A stretch of 59,246 bases of DNA, the filler included, from Sphacelaria rigidula (lineage: Eukaryota), in assembly GCA_964200075.2 (NCBI GenBank). It is 10 parts of 10 records of this genome, joined end to end, with 100 filler letters (N's around TTAATTAATTAA, not from the genome) between each part and the next. Parts side by side here need not be neighbours in the genome. Positions count along the whole stretch, not along the records: positions 11,871 to 17,705 come from CAXNAA020024090.1; positions 17,806 to 23,640 come from CAXNAA020024091.1; positions 23,741 to 29,575 come from CAXNAA020024092.1; 7 more parts are not named here. One strand, written 5' to 3'. The translations under genes were made by a program, and so were the position numbers. Of the stretch, positions 12,621 to 24,332 are shown in pieces (the first letter of the stretch is position 1; every line of letters begins with the position of its first letter). The notes beneath the pieces were generated by a model. That model was not told the DNA's origin. It was given only the letters and a program-made list of their open reading frames with translations, and did no database searches.

Positions 12621-14020
12621 GCCTCTACCGCCTACTGTCGGCTGTACTTTTCTCGCTCGCTATCGCATCGCATGTTGTCATGTCCACGCGCATTTTCCGC
12701 TCTCATCTTCTTCATGAACCTTGCTTCGATCTGATCGCACAGTTTTTGTTTTGTCAGTGTCGCCTGCATTGTATCACCTTCGCCTGATCTACACCTGGTC
12801 AGCCATAATATCATCGCTGTACCTAACCAGCAATGATCGTGTTCTAGACACTCTCTTTGTTATTCCGGTAATTTTGTTGCAAAAAGAATTGGGACAATCA
12901 AACCACCATGATCAATATGTACTTTGATTCCGGGGTTGCATTTTTATTGTGGCCATGCGGATTTGTGGAATGCACATGCAGTAAAGCTTCCATTTTATAT
13001 CGATCTTTTTCGCTTTTCTTTCATCTTACATACTCATAGTGTCTGCATCTCCGGGTGTCGCGTCTACCATAACTGTCTTTTGAGCCCCTCGATTGTATTG
13101 TGAGTGCTTTGTAATATTGCGCCGCTGTCGTCTTGCTCTTTCGAGCTGCACTATTTTTCATTTCATGTTCTGGAAATTTTGTATTTCATTTTGAATGTCT
13201 CATCATTTACGCCGCCGGCGTCTTGCTCTTCCGAGNNNNNNNNNNGCTGCACTATTTTTCATTTCATGTTCTGGTAGTTTTGTATTGTGTTTGGCGCTCG
13301 CGATGTTTTTCTTTGACCGTGCGGGTGTAGGCTATCTGCAGGGCCTTGTCTGTTGCGCCGCCTGCACTCATCATGCTTGAGCAGGATTCCGCTGGTAATC
13401 GCTTCGTCTATCTGGTTCGCAAGGCCGAAACGCCGAATTTATCGCCCGGCACACGACATTTCGATCTGCGTCACGTGGTATAAAACCGAGCCATATTTTC
13501 ATGTACCCCGAGACTTCCAACGTATACTAACCACGCCCTCTATTACTTCTGCCCTTGTTTCACCCACACTCTTGTCCTGGGTGTGTCGCATCCCGATGAG
13601 GGAACCGGCGCTAAACGCCATTGCGTTGAGGAGGACACGCAGGAAACATTGAACGGTTTGCCAATGACGGTATGTTCCCGCGTGGAGTGTCTGCAATTTG
13701 GTTTGGTTCAGCAATAATACCGGGTACCTTTCATGGAGTGTCCGCAATTTGGTTTGGTTTAGCTTATATCGGGTACCTTTTCATAGCATTTTGGTAGCAG
13801 GGCCATTACCTTGGTGCCACTAAATAGAATCCCCATTTTATCCCACACTGGTAATCGATTGTATGGTTTGCTATTCACCAGGTTGACTTCTTTACGCACC
13901 CTGTACCGTAGTTGGATACTACCTTGTTCCTTCGCGGTACCGTAGTTGGATGATACATTGCTCAGTTGCTTCAAACTTGGTTTTCGATATCATGCTGCCA
14001 CTCATCTTCCCATGGATCGC

Positions 14021-14328
14021 CTTGTCATTACTTATTCAGTGCCCAGACGTACGTAGTTGCCCTGCTTTATCTTTTTGCCCTTCATGTCTAGCGTACCATG
14101 CAAGGTGACTGCCAAATATTTTCGTGCAATGTCTTGTCATTAGTGATGCAGTACGCAGACTTAGTCGCCCTGCTTTATCTTTTTGCCCTTCATGTCTAGC
14201 GTACCATGCAAGGTGACTGCCAAATATTTTCGTGCAATGTCTTGTCATTACTTATGCAGTACGCAGACTTAGCCGCCCTGCTTTATCTTTTTGCCCTTCA
14301 TGTCTAGCGTACCATGCAAGGTGACTGC
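14021..14328. repeat. 108-bp tandem repeat, about 2.8 copies
   Basis: GCCCTGCTTTATCTTTTTGCCCTTCATGTCTAGCGTACCATGCAAGGTGACTGC recurs at 14059, 14167 and 14275 (period 108). Confidence 0.95.
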
Positions 14329-15619
14329 GCGACTACATACCGTGTCTTTGACATTTCCTACAGACCCTACATATGGTTTTCAGACACTCATTCCGCCGAT
14401 ATGGTCGCTGAACCCCCTCGGGGGGGCGAAGCACGAGTTCCATATTTTTTGCTGGTTGTTGTCTCGCGTGCACACCCTTTGCCACAAAACAACGCGGTTT
14501 CCCACCATGAGAACGCCGCATGATCAGAAAAGAAATGCACAAGCTTCTTGACCGAGGTGTTGCTCACCCAACTTTCCCCGGCAAAGTTTGTCGACTACAC
14601 GATTTTATGTTCAGTAAAATTCGCCAAGTTCGCCAAATATATCTTTACTGCAGGGTCTCACAGGTTCCTTAGCCTGTTAATCGATAATACCGGCATACAA
14701 CCAGCCCCCTCCAAATGCAACGCAATTACTCAGACGTCACATCCATACAATCGAAAAACTACGTTCGTTTCTAATGCCACCAGGTACCTTGGACAGTTTG
14801 TCCAGGAGCGTAGCATTCTAGTCGCCCTGCTGACCGATATTCTAAATAAGTAGGAAAGCCAACAGTATTGCTGCACGATGTAGGTAAACGCGCGCTCTCC
14901 TTTTGCTGTCAAACTCTTGTGCCGTACAACTGCAGCAAGACTTCACCACCACAATCCGGTCGTCTCATGGTGGCTCAGCTAGGATATGGCATACGAACTA
15001 GACTCTCGCCCAATGAGCATCAATGTACAACTCATGCGTGTGAGGGCATGTTTCTTGTCATTTCTGTGCTTTGTCTCGGTATATTTAGTACAACGTACCT
15101 CATTATTATATTTTTACTCAGCATGCCTTGTCTATTTTATTTTCGCCATGATTATGTCTACAGTTTCACAGGATTCGAGAACCTAGGGGGACGGCTGCTG
15201 AAAAGGTTACAGAATTGTACAAATCTTGGCCCCAGAGAGAGTACGTTTCACGCACACTCTTGCGCAATCGTACCCTACCCGACGACCTGACGCCATGCTA
15301 CCGTCTGACACATTCTCCTTCGAGCTCTGGACTGGCCTTAAACATTAAACACGTACCACCGCTGTCTCAATAGCAAGAGTTCCTTCCATATCCGCCTACC
15401 CCATCCGAAACACCTCATACCCGAAGTGTTTACGTCACACCTTGAGGGGGACCAAACTGGAATGCCACACCCACATTCCACCTGACCCCTGAATTTGTGT
15501 CGTGTTGGACTGCATTGCCTGTATCTGTCACCATGTTGGATTGTCGAGAACTCTACGTTGTTTCAGGCGCTGACGGGTGGGGAAAAGGGAAATACTTCAA
15601 AAGGGGGGGGAGCGTGCTC

Positions 15620-16110
15620 ATTTGTTTCGAGCATCCAAGTAATTCCCCTAGCTGCTGTAATCTGCACTATTCCCAACTCCTTCACCAACTTCACTGAATC
15701 CAAGTATTCTCTGAGCTGTTGCAATCTGTACTGTTCACAACTTGTTCACTAATTTTATTGCATCCAAGTATTCTTTCACCAGCTGCCATTTGCACCATTT
15801 CGGCATCAAAGTATTATCATTATCATTATCTGCACTGCTTCCAATTTCTTCAGCAACTTTACCCCTTGCTTTGCAATGTCTAAAGCTAGTATCAGGTCAT
15901 CAAAGAATACCTCCCGTAGAGAGGGTGATGACGTACATCCTGGTGCGACTCCTGGCAAAATATCGAAATATTTCGATATTTCCCTGTCTAGCATCATCAC
16001 TCTTTTGGAACATTTCTGTCGTCTTCATCGTCCACACCTTTCCTTTGATCACAGTTCCTCGTGTATTTTCCCACAGCCCGTTGCCCCATACCGCGTCATG
16101 AGCCTTTTGC
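15620..16110 (-). mobile_element. Degenerate non-LTR (LINE, RTE-like) reverse transcriptase fragment
   Basis: Frameshifted peptides KAHDAVWGNGLWE and SKYFDILPGVAPGCTSSPSL..FFDDLILALDIAKQGVK are homologous to the copy at 19240; internal deletion removes the FADD motif. Confidence 0.8.
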
Positions 16111-18047
16111 ACCTGTATCACCCCACAGTTTCTTCGACCCCGCCATCGCACTCGACGCACCCCGCTTCCCCACGTAGTGATGCCTTGAAGCTTTTGCCAT
16201 AGGTGCTACCTCCTGGAAAGGCTACAGCAGTGCCGAGCTGAAGCACCACGTGTATGATTATGGGAATTTCTTTCGGCGAGTACGATACGAAGATGGAGAC
16301 TGGAAACAGCCATCTCGCTTGGAAGTTGAGCGCCCCAAGCTGGAGCGGAGGAACTGCAGCCACGGACGTGTACGAATGGCTGTTGTGTGATGGGGTACAC
16401 GATATCATTGCAAGAGGAATACGGTAGTGAAATAAGGGAATATGTAACTATATATTGCTGCTACCGCACGCTTCAGTCATGAATTTGGAGTGTTCCTTGT
16501 ATTTTTCTTGTGCCGCTTTGTTATCGATTGCTTCCCATTTGGTAATATACGGGCACATGTGTGAGCCAAGGCGCGTGGACTCTATTTCCAGTAGAATAGG
16601 TGTCGGTAGTTACAGAAGAGCACCCCTCAAAAGCTGCACGCCTGTAGCTGTTGATCAGTTCGCGGAAAGGTTGTTTTTAGCGAGGTTTAAGCCCTGCACT
16701 ACTCTAGAATCCAGTGTAACTGATCTAGGGTGTCGACGCGCGATCACGCTAACTAGCCGATCGTTCTCCAGACTAACTGATATCCCGGGAAAACGACAGC
16801 GACCGTACTTGTCTGCTGTTTCTGTCGTTGGAACGGGCGTTATAGATTTTTTGCTTTCCTAACGGATGGAGTTTTCCCCTGCTTAGCAGGGTTCACCTAT
16901 TCATTAGATCTGCAACGAGTTTCCCCTGTACTGTAATTCAGCAGGTTTTTCTCGTTTTACTTTCAGGCGTATGATGCACAGGCTTTGTTTTCGTTCTGGC
17001 CCTTCCAGCCCTCCAATGAATTGTGTGCAGCCATAAAAATATGGCTAGGGGGATGTTACAGATTTATTGGTCATGTTCCAGTCGACTGGGCTCCATTTGT
17101 CATACTTTGTCATGCTTGGTACCTGATGGGTCATACTACATTGTTTGATTGGATTGACTTGGCCGCCCCCCTTAAGTCACAGCGTTTTGGACTATGCATC
17201 TTAACTAGCAAAGCACAAGTTAGCCTGTACGCCAATGATACAAGAGCATCTACGCCGTCACGGACTGCTATCTCAGAGGATTCTCTGGTCTTCACAAATG
17301 TAAGCCTGACCTTCATGCGACACATGTTGTGCTGCAGCCTGCGCGGCTCATGGCATGCCACCTGACCACTGGTGCGGTGGCCGACTTTACACTTGGTAAC
17401 GTCGAGCTCAATGGCTTCGATACTAATGATTGTGTTTGAGCCCGCTAGCCCCCGGTGCCCACTGAACTGGCGTCTTCCTACCAATGTGGTGAGTATCGAG
17501 CCATGACAATTGTTTTTACAGTAGCGTGTGTTGCACTGACCCTAGGCACTACAAACTGTGCCGTCTACCTCGACGTTGCGCTGGTGCCGTGGTACGGGCG
17601 TTTAAGACTGCTGCTGTTCCTCGCTGTCGTGTTTCCGCCGCCGTCGCCGGTCCCCGCATACACTTGATTGATGTGGAGGGGGGGGGGGGGGGGGGGCCCT
17701 TTTTTNNNNNNNNNNNNNNNNNNNNNNNNNNNNNNNNNNNNNNNNNNNNTTAATTAATTAANNNNNNNNNNNNNNNNNNNNNNNNNNNNNNNNNNNNNNN
17801 NNNNNTTTTGACTTGAAAATGACTGAAAACGATGCCGATTCACAAAAACAAAAATAGTCAATGGGTTCCAAAAGGGTTAACCCGCGCAAGCCTATTGGGG
17901 GTGCAGGGGAAAAATAAATGCAAACAGGAAGTTAGAGCGAGTTGAAGTTTTAGCAAAAGCAGAAAAAATGCTGCAACTTCCTTACAAACTGATGAGAATG
18001 ATGACAACGCTCCAACACATACGGGCACTCGCGTCAACGACATCCTG

Positions 18048-18314
18048 CACAGGCACCGTAGGTGAAGTACTGTACCGAGCGTACCCCCGGTATTTACCGG
18101 CGTATCCCATACCGTGGTATGCGTAGATATCGTAGGTATGAGTTTTGAAAATACCGGATTGAGCGGGTACGGTAGGTACTGAAATCTCGAGATACCGTAG
18201 TATCGTAGTATCGTAGGTATGAGTTTTAAAAATACCGGATTGGACCGGTATCGGTAGGGTTTGAGATGTCCCACATACCGGTACCCGGCACCTACCTTAC
18301 CTACGGTGCCCGTG
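18048..18314. mobile_element. hAT-like MITE
   Basis: 16-bp TIR CACAGGCACCGTAGGT / ACCTACGGTGCCCGTG; 8-bp TSD ACATCCTG (18040-18047) / ACATCTTG (18315-18322); internal tandem motifs. Confidence 0.8.
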
Positions 18315-19237
18315 ACATCTTGGTAAATTTTCGGCCAAAAGCACTTGAAATTGGGCGCGGCATCGCACAGCAACAGCCTCTCTTAACCATATATTTTCGA
18401 CTTGCATCACCACTGGGAGGCCCGTACCAACGTCCCGAAGGGGAACCTCGTATATATGTATACTTCGAAGTATATACAGTAAAAGGGCGACAATTAATCA
18501 ATCAATCAACAAGATGGTTCAAGACGAACGACCGGAATTTACTCCCCAGCGATTGCTCACGCCGTTTTTTGGAGTCAAGCCCTGAAATTTTGCACGCAGA
18601 CCCCTTCCTCCTAGGACCCTGGATATCTGGCGAATAAAAGTAAAAACGAAAGACCTCGTTCATACAGTCCTTCGGAATATCTCAGAGCACCCGTGTGCAA
18701 AATTTCGGGGTCTAACTAAAAACATTACGGCGTAGGCAACTAGCCTTCTGGGGCTTCGATTCATATCAAGGAAAGTCCGACGACGCCGATACCCCACATC
18801 ACCGATATGTAACCATTTGGGAGCATAACTCGGTCCCATACAAACCGCTTTCGAATCTGTTATTTTGTGTTAGGTTCCCTAGCTGATGGCTATTACCAAG
18901 TTTCGATTCATGATGAGATTGGGTACAACTTGCGTCGAATATTCGCATGTTGAATTTCGGAACAAGTTGGAGGCCGCTGATTGGCCTAGAAACATGGTCA
19001 CTCATAGCGCCACGCCAAAGGACGCAACAAAAAAATTGGCCATATCACAATGTTTGCTTGCTCGTGGGGTTCACGATGATACCAAACATGTGTACATCCG
19101 GTCAGTTTAGCGTTCTGTATCTGACACTTTCTATAATAGCTTCCCCCCCCCCCGAGACACACACTAAATAGGATTATTCAGGGTAGGAAATACACTGGGC
19201 GGACGACGTACTGTTTCTTTCTGGACGTGCAAAAGGT

Positions 19238-19690
19238 TTATGACATAGTATGGGGAAATGGGTTGTGGAAAACGTTGTGGGAAACTGGGATCGGAGGATA
19301 ACAGAAACTTTTCGATATCTTAGGAGTTGCACAAGGATGTACGCTATCACCCACCTTGTTCAAGGTATGTATCAATGACCTGATACTAGCAATAGAAGCA
19401 GCAAAGCACGGGGTCAAGGTGGGTGAAGATATGGTATCAGGTTTGATGTTCGCGGATGATTTTGTGGGGGATTTCAGGAACAGCAGAAGGACTACAGAAA
19501 CAGTTAGATAAGGCGCTAGCATACACCAGGAAATGGAGAGTGACAGCGAACGTCAGCAAATGCTCGTTACTCGTCTGCAACGAAGATAAGAAAAATCCGG
19601 TAGAGTTCAAGTGGAAGTGGGGAGAAGAGGAACTGCCGATCGTAGACCAGTATACATACCCTGGCGTGGATATCTCAAGAAACTGTTCTG
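19238..19690 (+). mobile_element. Non-LTR (LINE, RTE-like) reverse transcriptase fragment, disrupted
   Basis: YDIVWGNGLW...GVAQGCTLSPTLF...GLMFADDF(fs)GISGTAEGLQKQLD...KWRVTANVSKC...YTYPG contains the QG-x-x-LSP, FADD and thumb motifs, with a stop and frameshifts. Confidence 0.92.
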
Positions 19691-20244
19691 TTCATGTTGG
19701 GAATCGAAGCACAGTATGCTGTAGTGAAACGCGAAGCACGATCTTACTCGTGAGTGATGCCCCGATAGCCACCCCCCCTGCCTTGTCTCGAAAGGGATGC
19801 GTGGTCAATGGTCAAACGACCAAGGCAAGAAACAAATGGGTACCCCCCATCCCCGACGCACCCTATACCAGCCCTAAAACGACGAAGAAAATGGCCATAC
19901 AGCGATAGCTGATTTCAGACTGCACAACTACAGCAATTACAATTACAATTACAATTATAGCTTACAATTACAACCGCTAGTCTTGTTACAATTATAGCAA
20001 AAAAGGACAGAATAATGAAAAAAAAAAGGACAAAAACAGACAGAGGACAGAAGCAACGGCTTCAGAAAGGAAAAAAAAAGGAAGGAAGAAGCGATACTGC
20101 ACGCAGTACACTTCATGACGACGTAAATTCACTGTCCAGGGTGTGTTACATTATCATCGTGCTCACGGTAAAACCACAGGACATTCTACTTCGGCCTCCA
20201 GGCAAGCACCCGGTGCCTCCTTCGCCGAAAAACACCAAACACAC

Positions 20245-20341
20245 CTTCGTACAGCCCTTCCCTTCGCAACGACGATTTCGCACGTTCACCATCCCCTCCA
20301 GTCGGTGCTGCGCGCAAAACCTCACGCCTGATCCATTGTAC
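20245..20341 (-). CDS. Internal exon encoding an EsV-1-7 cysteine-rich repeat
   Basis: CAG acceptor at 20344-20342, GTGTGT donor at 20244. The exon reads YNGSGVRFCAQHRLEGMVNVRNRRCEGKGCTK, matching the FCxxH-x3-GMV(N/D)V-x4-C-x4-C EsV-1-7 consensus. Confidence 0.85.
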
Positions 20342-21959
20342 CTGATCGGGAAAAAAAAAGCGGTGAGGACGAAGCACACACACACACACACACACACGTG
20401 TAGATTTTCCCATCAGACAAAAAAAAAAACGATGGGCGATTGCGGGTGAGGGATAGACATATTGTCCTTACCTTGTCCAAAAAATAAAATCCATCCAACC
20501 ATCCATCCTCAATCAACCTTTATTTGATCATTGTAATACTTTTACAATTTATATTGCCTCTCCCTTCTCCACAAAAAAAAATCGATCCCAACCAACCATC
20601 TAACCATCCATCCTCGAACAATCTTCAATTAATTAGTAATGATATAATCCATCTATCCATCCATCCGTCCATCCATCCTCAAACAATCTTCAATTAATTA
20701 ATGGTTATGTACGTATACAACAGATCGTATATAGATGCTCCTGCTTCTTTATCTGGAATCTTTATATGCAGCCGAGACACATGCCAGCACCCATTTTTGC
20801 TTCTATTCTGAAAATTCAATTTCGACTCTCCATTTCTTGCCCCTTGTTGTGGAGATCCGGAACAGCTCGATTAAGGTTGGGTCGTATCGGCATTCGAAAT
20901 AAATGGTGATATAAATCAAGAAACCATAAGTCTGAGTGACTCGCGCCTTGTAGTGGGCGTGCTGCGAAATGCGTACGGACTGAAAATATACTTTATTATT
21001 ATTATTATTTCCGCATCTATGGCAACCAATCAGGGGGACTTGTGGCTACAATCGTGAATTTGTCTCGTGCCGATCATACGGCTCCTGTTGTAAATAAAAT
21101 ATTTCAGACAAGAAATGTACCGCTCTGTCCTATATTATAAGGTCGATATGGACAAAAAACAAGATATCTCCAGTCCAAGGTCGAATTTTTGGACGCGGAT
21201 TCGAGCCCCGCAACGGCCACGTTTTTTTCCTCAAATATCTGACTTATCTTCTTTTTTTTTGAAGTTCCCTCGTGCCTCAAAGTCGGACAGACTTTTTAGT
21301 TTTGGATATTTCACTCGGTATGCGCACCGATACCATCGCCGACACAGAAAATAGGCATTCGTGTAGAAGGCCAAAGAGACAAAAAAACAACGAAAAATGG
21401 TGCAAAAAGAGTACTTCTTGGCCCGTAAGAGCGTTTTGAAAAATGCCATATTTTCTTGCTGGAGAAATCTCCGCCGTCCCCGGGTATCCCTGGGGGGGGG
21501 AAAGATACGAACCATTCCCGCGTTCCAGGTGGAACTTTGACGTCAGGCCGCCTTGTATTTGTTGCAAAAGCGGTGTCACGAAGGATGACAGTTTCAAGCC
21601 ATTCGCAACACGCCCAACTGGAACCGACCTTATATTATGGGACCAGCATATCGACCTTATATTATGGGACAGAGTGGTAGTAGAGAACTCATGCCCATAA
21701 GAGACTTTATTGGCATGCAGAGTGAAACAAGTGAACTCTGGCGGTGACCTCGATGCTGCTGGTGTGACCCACATGGGGGCTGGTATACTGTAATCTGCGA
21801 GCCGCTGCGTGTCTCACGTGATGGACAATCGATGAGCCCTGTGGCGGGTCGTGTCTTCAAATTCCCGGCTCTACGGAGGCCATCACAAGCTTTTGCAGCA
21901 CACGAGATATGGTTTCCTCGGAAGCAAGGGCGTTATTCTCGTAACACGTGAACTACTTA

Positions 21960-22861
21960 CCGTTTTATTCGTGGCCCACGCCATCGAGTGCTGACCAAAA
22001 TATTCTTGTCGGAGATAGGGCTGGGCTAGCTTTTAACGAGCTCAGCTGAAAGAAGCCCAGGCAATTTGTCGTCACTTGACTGGTTGTAGCGATCGGCTTC
22101 TGTATATAATCCCACAGGTACGAAGAGCTTCTCAAACTCGAACTAATTCGATAGGCCTCAAAACGGCTGTCGAAAGCTCACCAAGCGCCCACCCCCTTGC
22201 TGCCGTCAGCTGTGCATACCGTGGACAAAGAATACACAATCAAAAAGTGTACTGCGTACAGTATCGACAATTGCGCCTACAGCAACAGACAATAGATTAC
22301 ATACTGTACACGCAGTACATTCTTTGACAATGTCATCATCTCATGTACAGGGTGTGCAGAAGTCAAAAATACAAAATACGATGTCACGGTTTTTTGGAGC
22401 CCTCGGGAAAGTTGCCGAGGACAGGTGATATTTTTCTGCGAACAAAATTTCCAACCTGTACAGTAAAGCGTTCTCAGCAACGATTTTTCTATTCCGAGTA
22501 TGAACGGGCGAGCTTCACTTTTTTTCTACAGTACTCGCTATGTGTATATATACATAAACAAATTACAAAGATTTTCGACACCAGAGTGTTTTTTTCAACA
22601 CGAGACAGAAGCGGAGGCTCTAAAGCGGAGGAAAGCCGCTTTCTGTCAGTTTTTGACAGCCATTTTGAGGCTATCAAATCAGTGCGAATTCCAGAAGCTA
22701 TTCGTTCCTGATTCCGAACACAGAAACAGTTTGCCACAGTAGTCCGTGACAGCGAGTTGTCCGCGATTCTTCCAGCTGGCCTCCTTGAAAGCTAGCCCCG
22801 CCCGTCTCAGACGATACTTTTTTCGGACAGCGCTCGGCGGCGTGGGCCACAAATAAAACGG
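21960..22861. mobile_element. Non-autonomous DNA transposon with long (about 240 bp) diverged TIRs
   Basis: 21960-22190 is an imperfect inverted repeat of about 22630-22861 (CCGTTTTATTCGTGGCCCACGCC / GGCGTGGGCCACAAATAAAACGG). The left end is preceded by TA (Tc1/mariner-like); the right flank is CA. Confidence 0.75.
22215..22356. mobile_element. hAT-like MITE nested in the long-TIR element
   Basis: Same family as 51702-51839 (CATACC...CAGGGTGTG, internal GTGTACTGCGTACAGTAT...ATACTGTACACGCAGTACA); TSD degenerate. Confidence 0.75.
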
Positions 22862-23997
22862 CAAGTCAATCATAAGTTACGCGTACCAGTTGCAATATCA
22901 TATACATTCTTGACCTGAACTAGCTCCCATAGAAAAATCTAAATCCCACTTTTCAGGATCCCGTCTGTATCTTTGGATGTCCGCCGAATGACCCACATAA
23001 TCTAAACGCCAAAACTAGTCCTCCTCTGGTCGTTTGTTTTCAAATTCAACCCGCAGTTTTTGAAAATGTTTGCATCATTTCGAGTTGAACGCTATGCTGA
23101 AAGCTGCCATTGTGTTCTGTGTCAGTGAAATTGAAGCTATTAAGTCTAGCTAGGATATGTTCTTGTCTTGAAGTCAAACTTCGATTCTGTGCCACGTTGG
23201 TTCACAACGACAATCCCACGAGTATAGCTGTAGATGGCGCAAACATTTGTTTAGTGCATGTCCATCAAAACACCCGAGAATTATAAGCACATTTCGAAAC
23301 TTGAGAAAAAACAAATCTACAACAAAAAATACCCGCCGGGACTGAAGAATGAGCTGTGCAGCATTTCAGCTGTAAACACGGGATTTTACAGTTTGGGGAT
23401 TGCTTCGTTTTCGAGGATGGGCCAAAACACACGACAAATGAAGAGTGCATCCGCATTTTTCTTCAAAGATACTTCGATGCTTCTCGAGGTTCCCGCCATG
23501 GTTCGGAAACAATCTCCAACAAGTTGATGGTGCGCGGGCGCGCGCGCTGGGCACGGGGGGGGGGGGCGTACTCATTTTTCGCTTGCCTTAGTCGTTCGAC
23601 CATTGACAACGCATCCCTTTCGAGACGGGGCTGGGCAGGGNNNNNNNNNNNNNNNNNNNNNNNNNNNNNNNNNNNNNNNNNNNNTTAATTAATTAANNNN
23701 NNNNNNNNNNNNNNNNNNNNNNNNNNNNNNNNNNNNNNNNTGGTTGGAAACGTGTCCCCGATCGGTAGAGGTCCCTGCGTGCCTAACACTGATACATCTT
23801 TGCGTCTGCGACAACACACCGCCCCCCCCCCCCGCTCGCTTACCAAACGTCAACATAGTAACCGCGGCAAGTGAAAACGCTGCGAGGCACGCAGGGTTAT
23901 GTAGAAGACACCAGGCAGAAGTAATTGCAAGCGTCTAGACAGGCGACATACCAGCAAACGATCGACAAACGACCGGGACAGCCTCTCGCAAGCAGCC

Positions 23998-24255
23998 TGT
24001 AACCTCTGTCAGACGATCTCGACAAGAGGGCTATCCACGAGGAACTCCTCCAGTAGCACTGGCCTCATGCTCGACAAGTTCTTTCTTCTCACGTGTTAGT
24101 ACCACGGAGTGATTCTCAACAGACCACATCAAGAGCTAGACAGCAAGGGGCCACACAGATGAGGGTCATCAATCCAGGATCCCCTGTCCCTTGCCACTGC
24201 TCCAATCATGCATGCGATTATACTGAAACCTATGGCTTGGTATCATTTGGCTACA
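23998..24255 (-). repeat. 3' LTR of the Gypsy element (258 bp, TGT...ACA)
   Basis: Plus strand TGTAAC...GCTACA; preceded on the minus strand by a short G-rich tract GGGGGTGC. The same boundaries (259 bp) appear in the copy at 55714-55972. Confidence 0.8.
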
Positions 24256-24332
24256 GCACCCCCAAAGCGAGTTCAAGACAAACGGGCGGCCTTGACAACC
24301 AACGAAAACAAGGTGAAATCGCATGCGCCAAA

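Noticed and set aside
12068..12787. Long Cys/Val/Leu-rich ORFs
   Set aside because: Open in several frames only because of GTT/GCT microsatellites.
17000..17500. Possible Copia RNaseH/integrase remnant
   Set aside because: Only a vague resemblance (SIEAIEL); no diagnostic motif could be confirmed.
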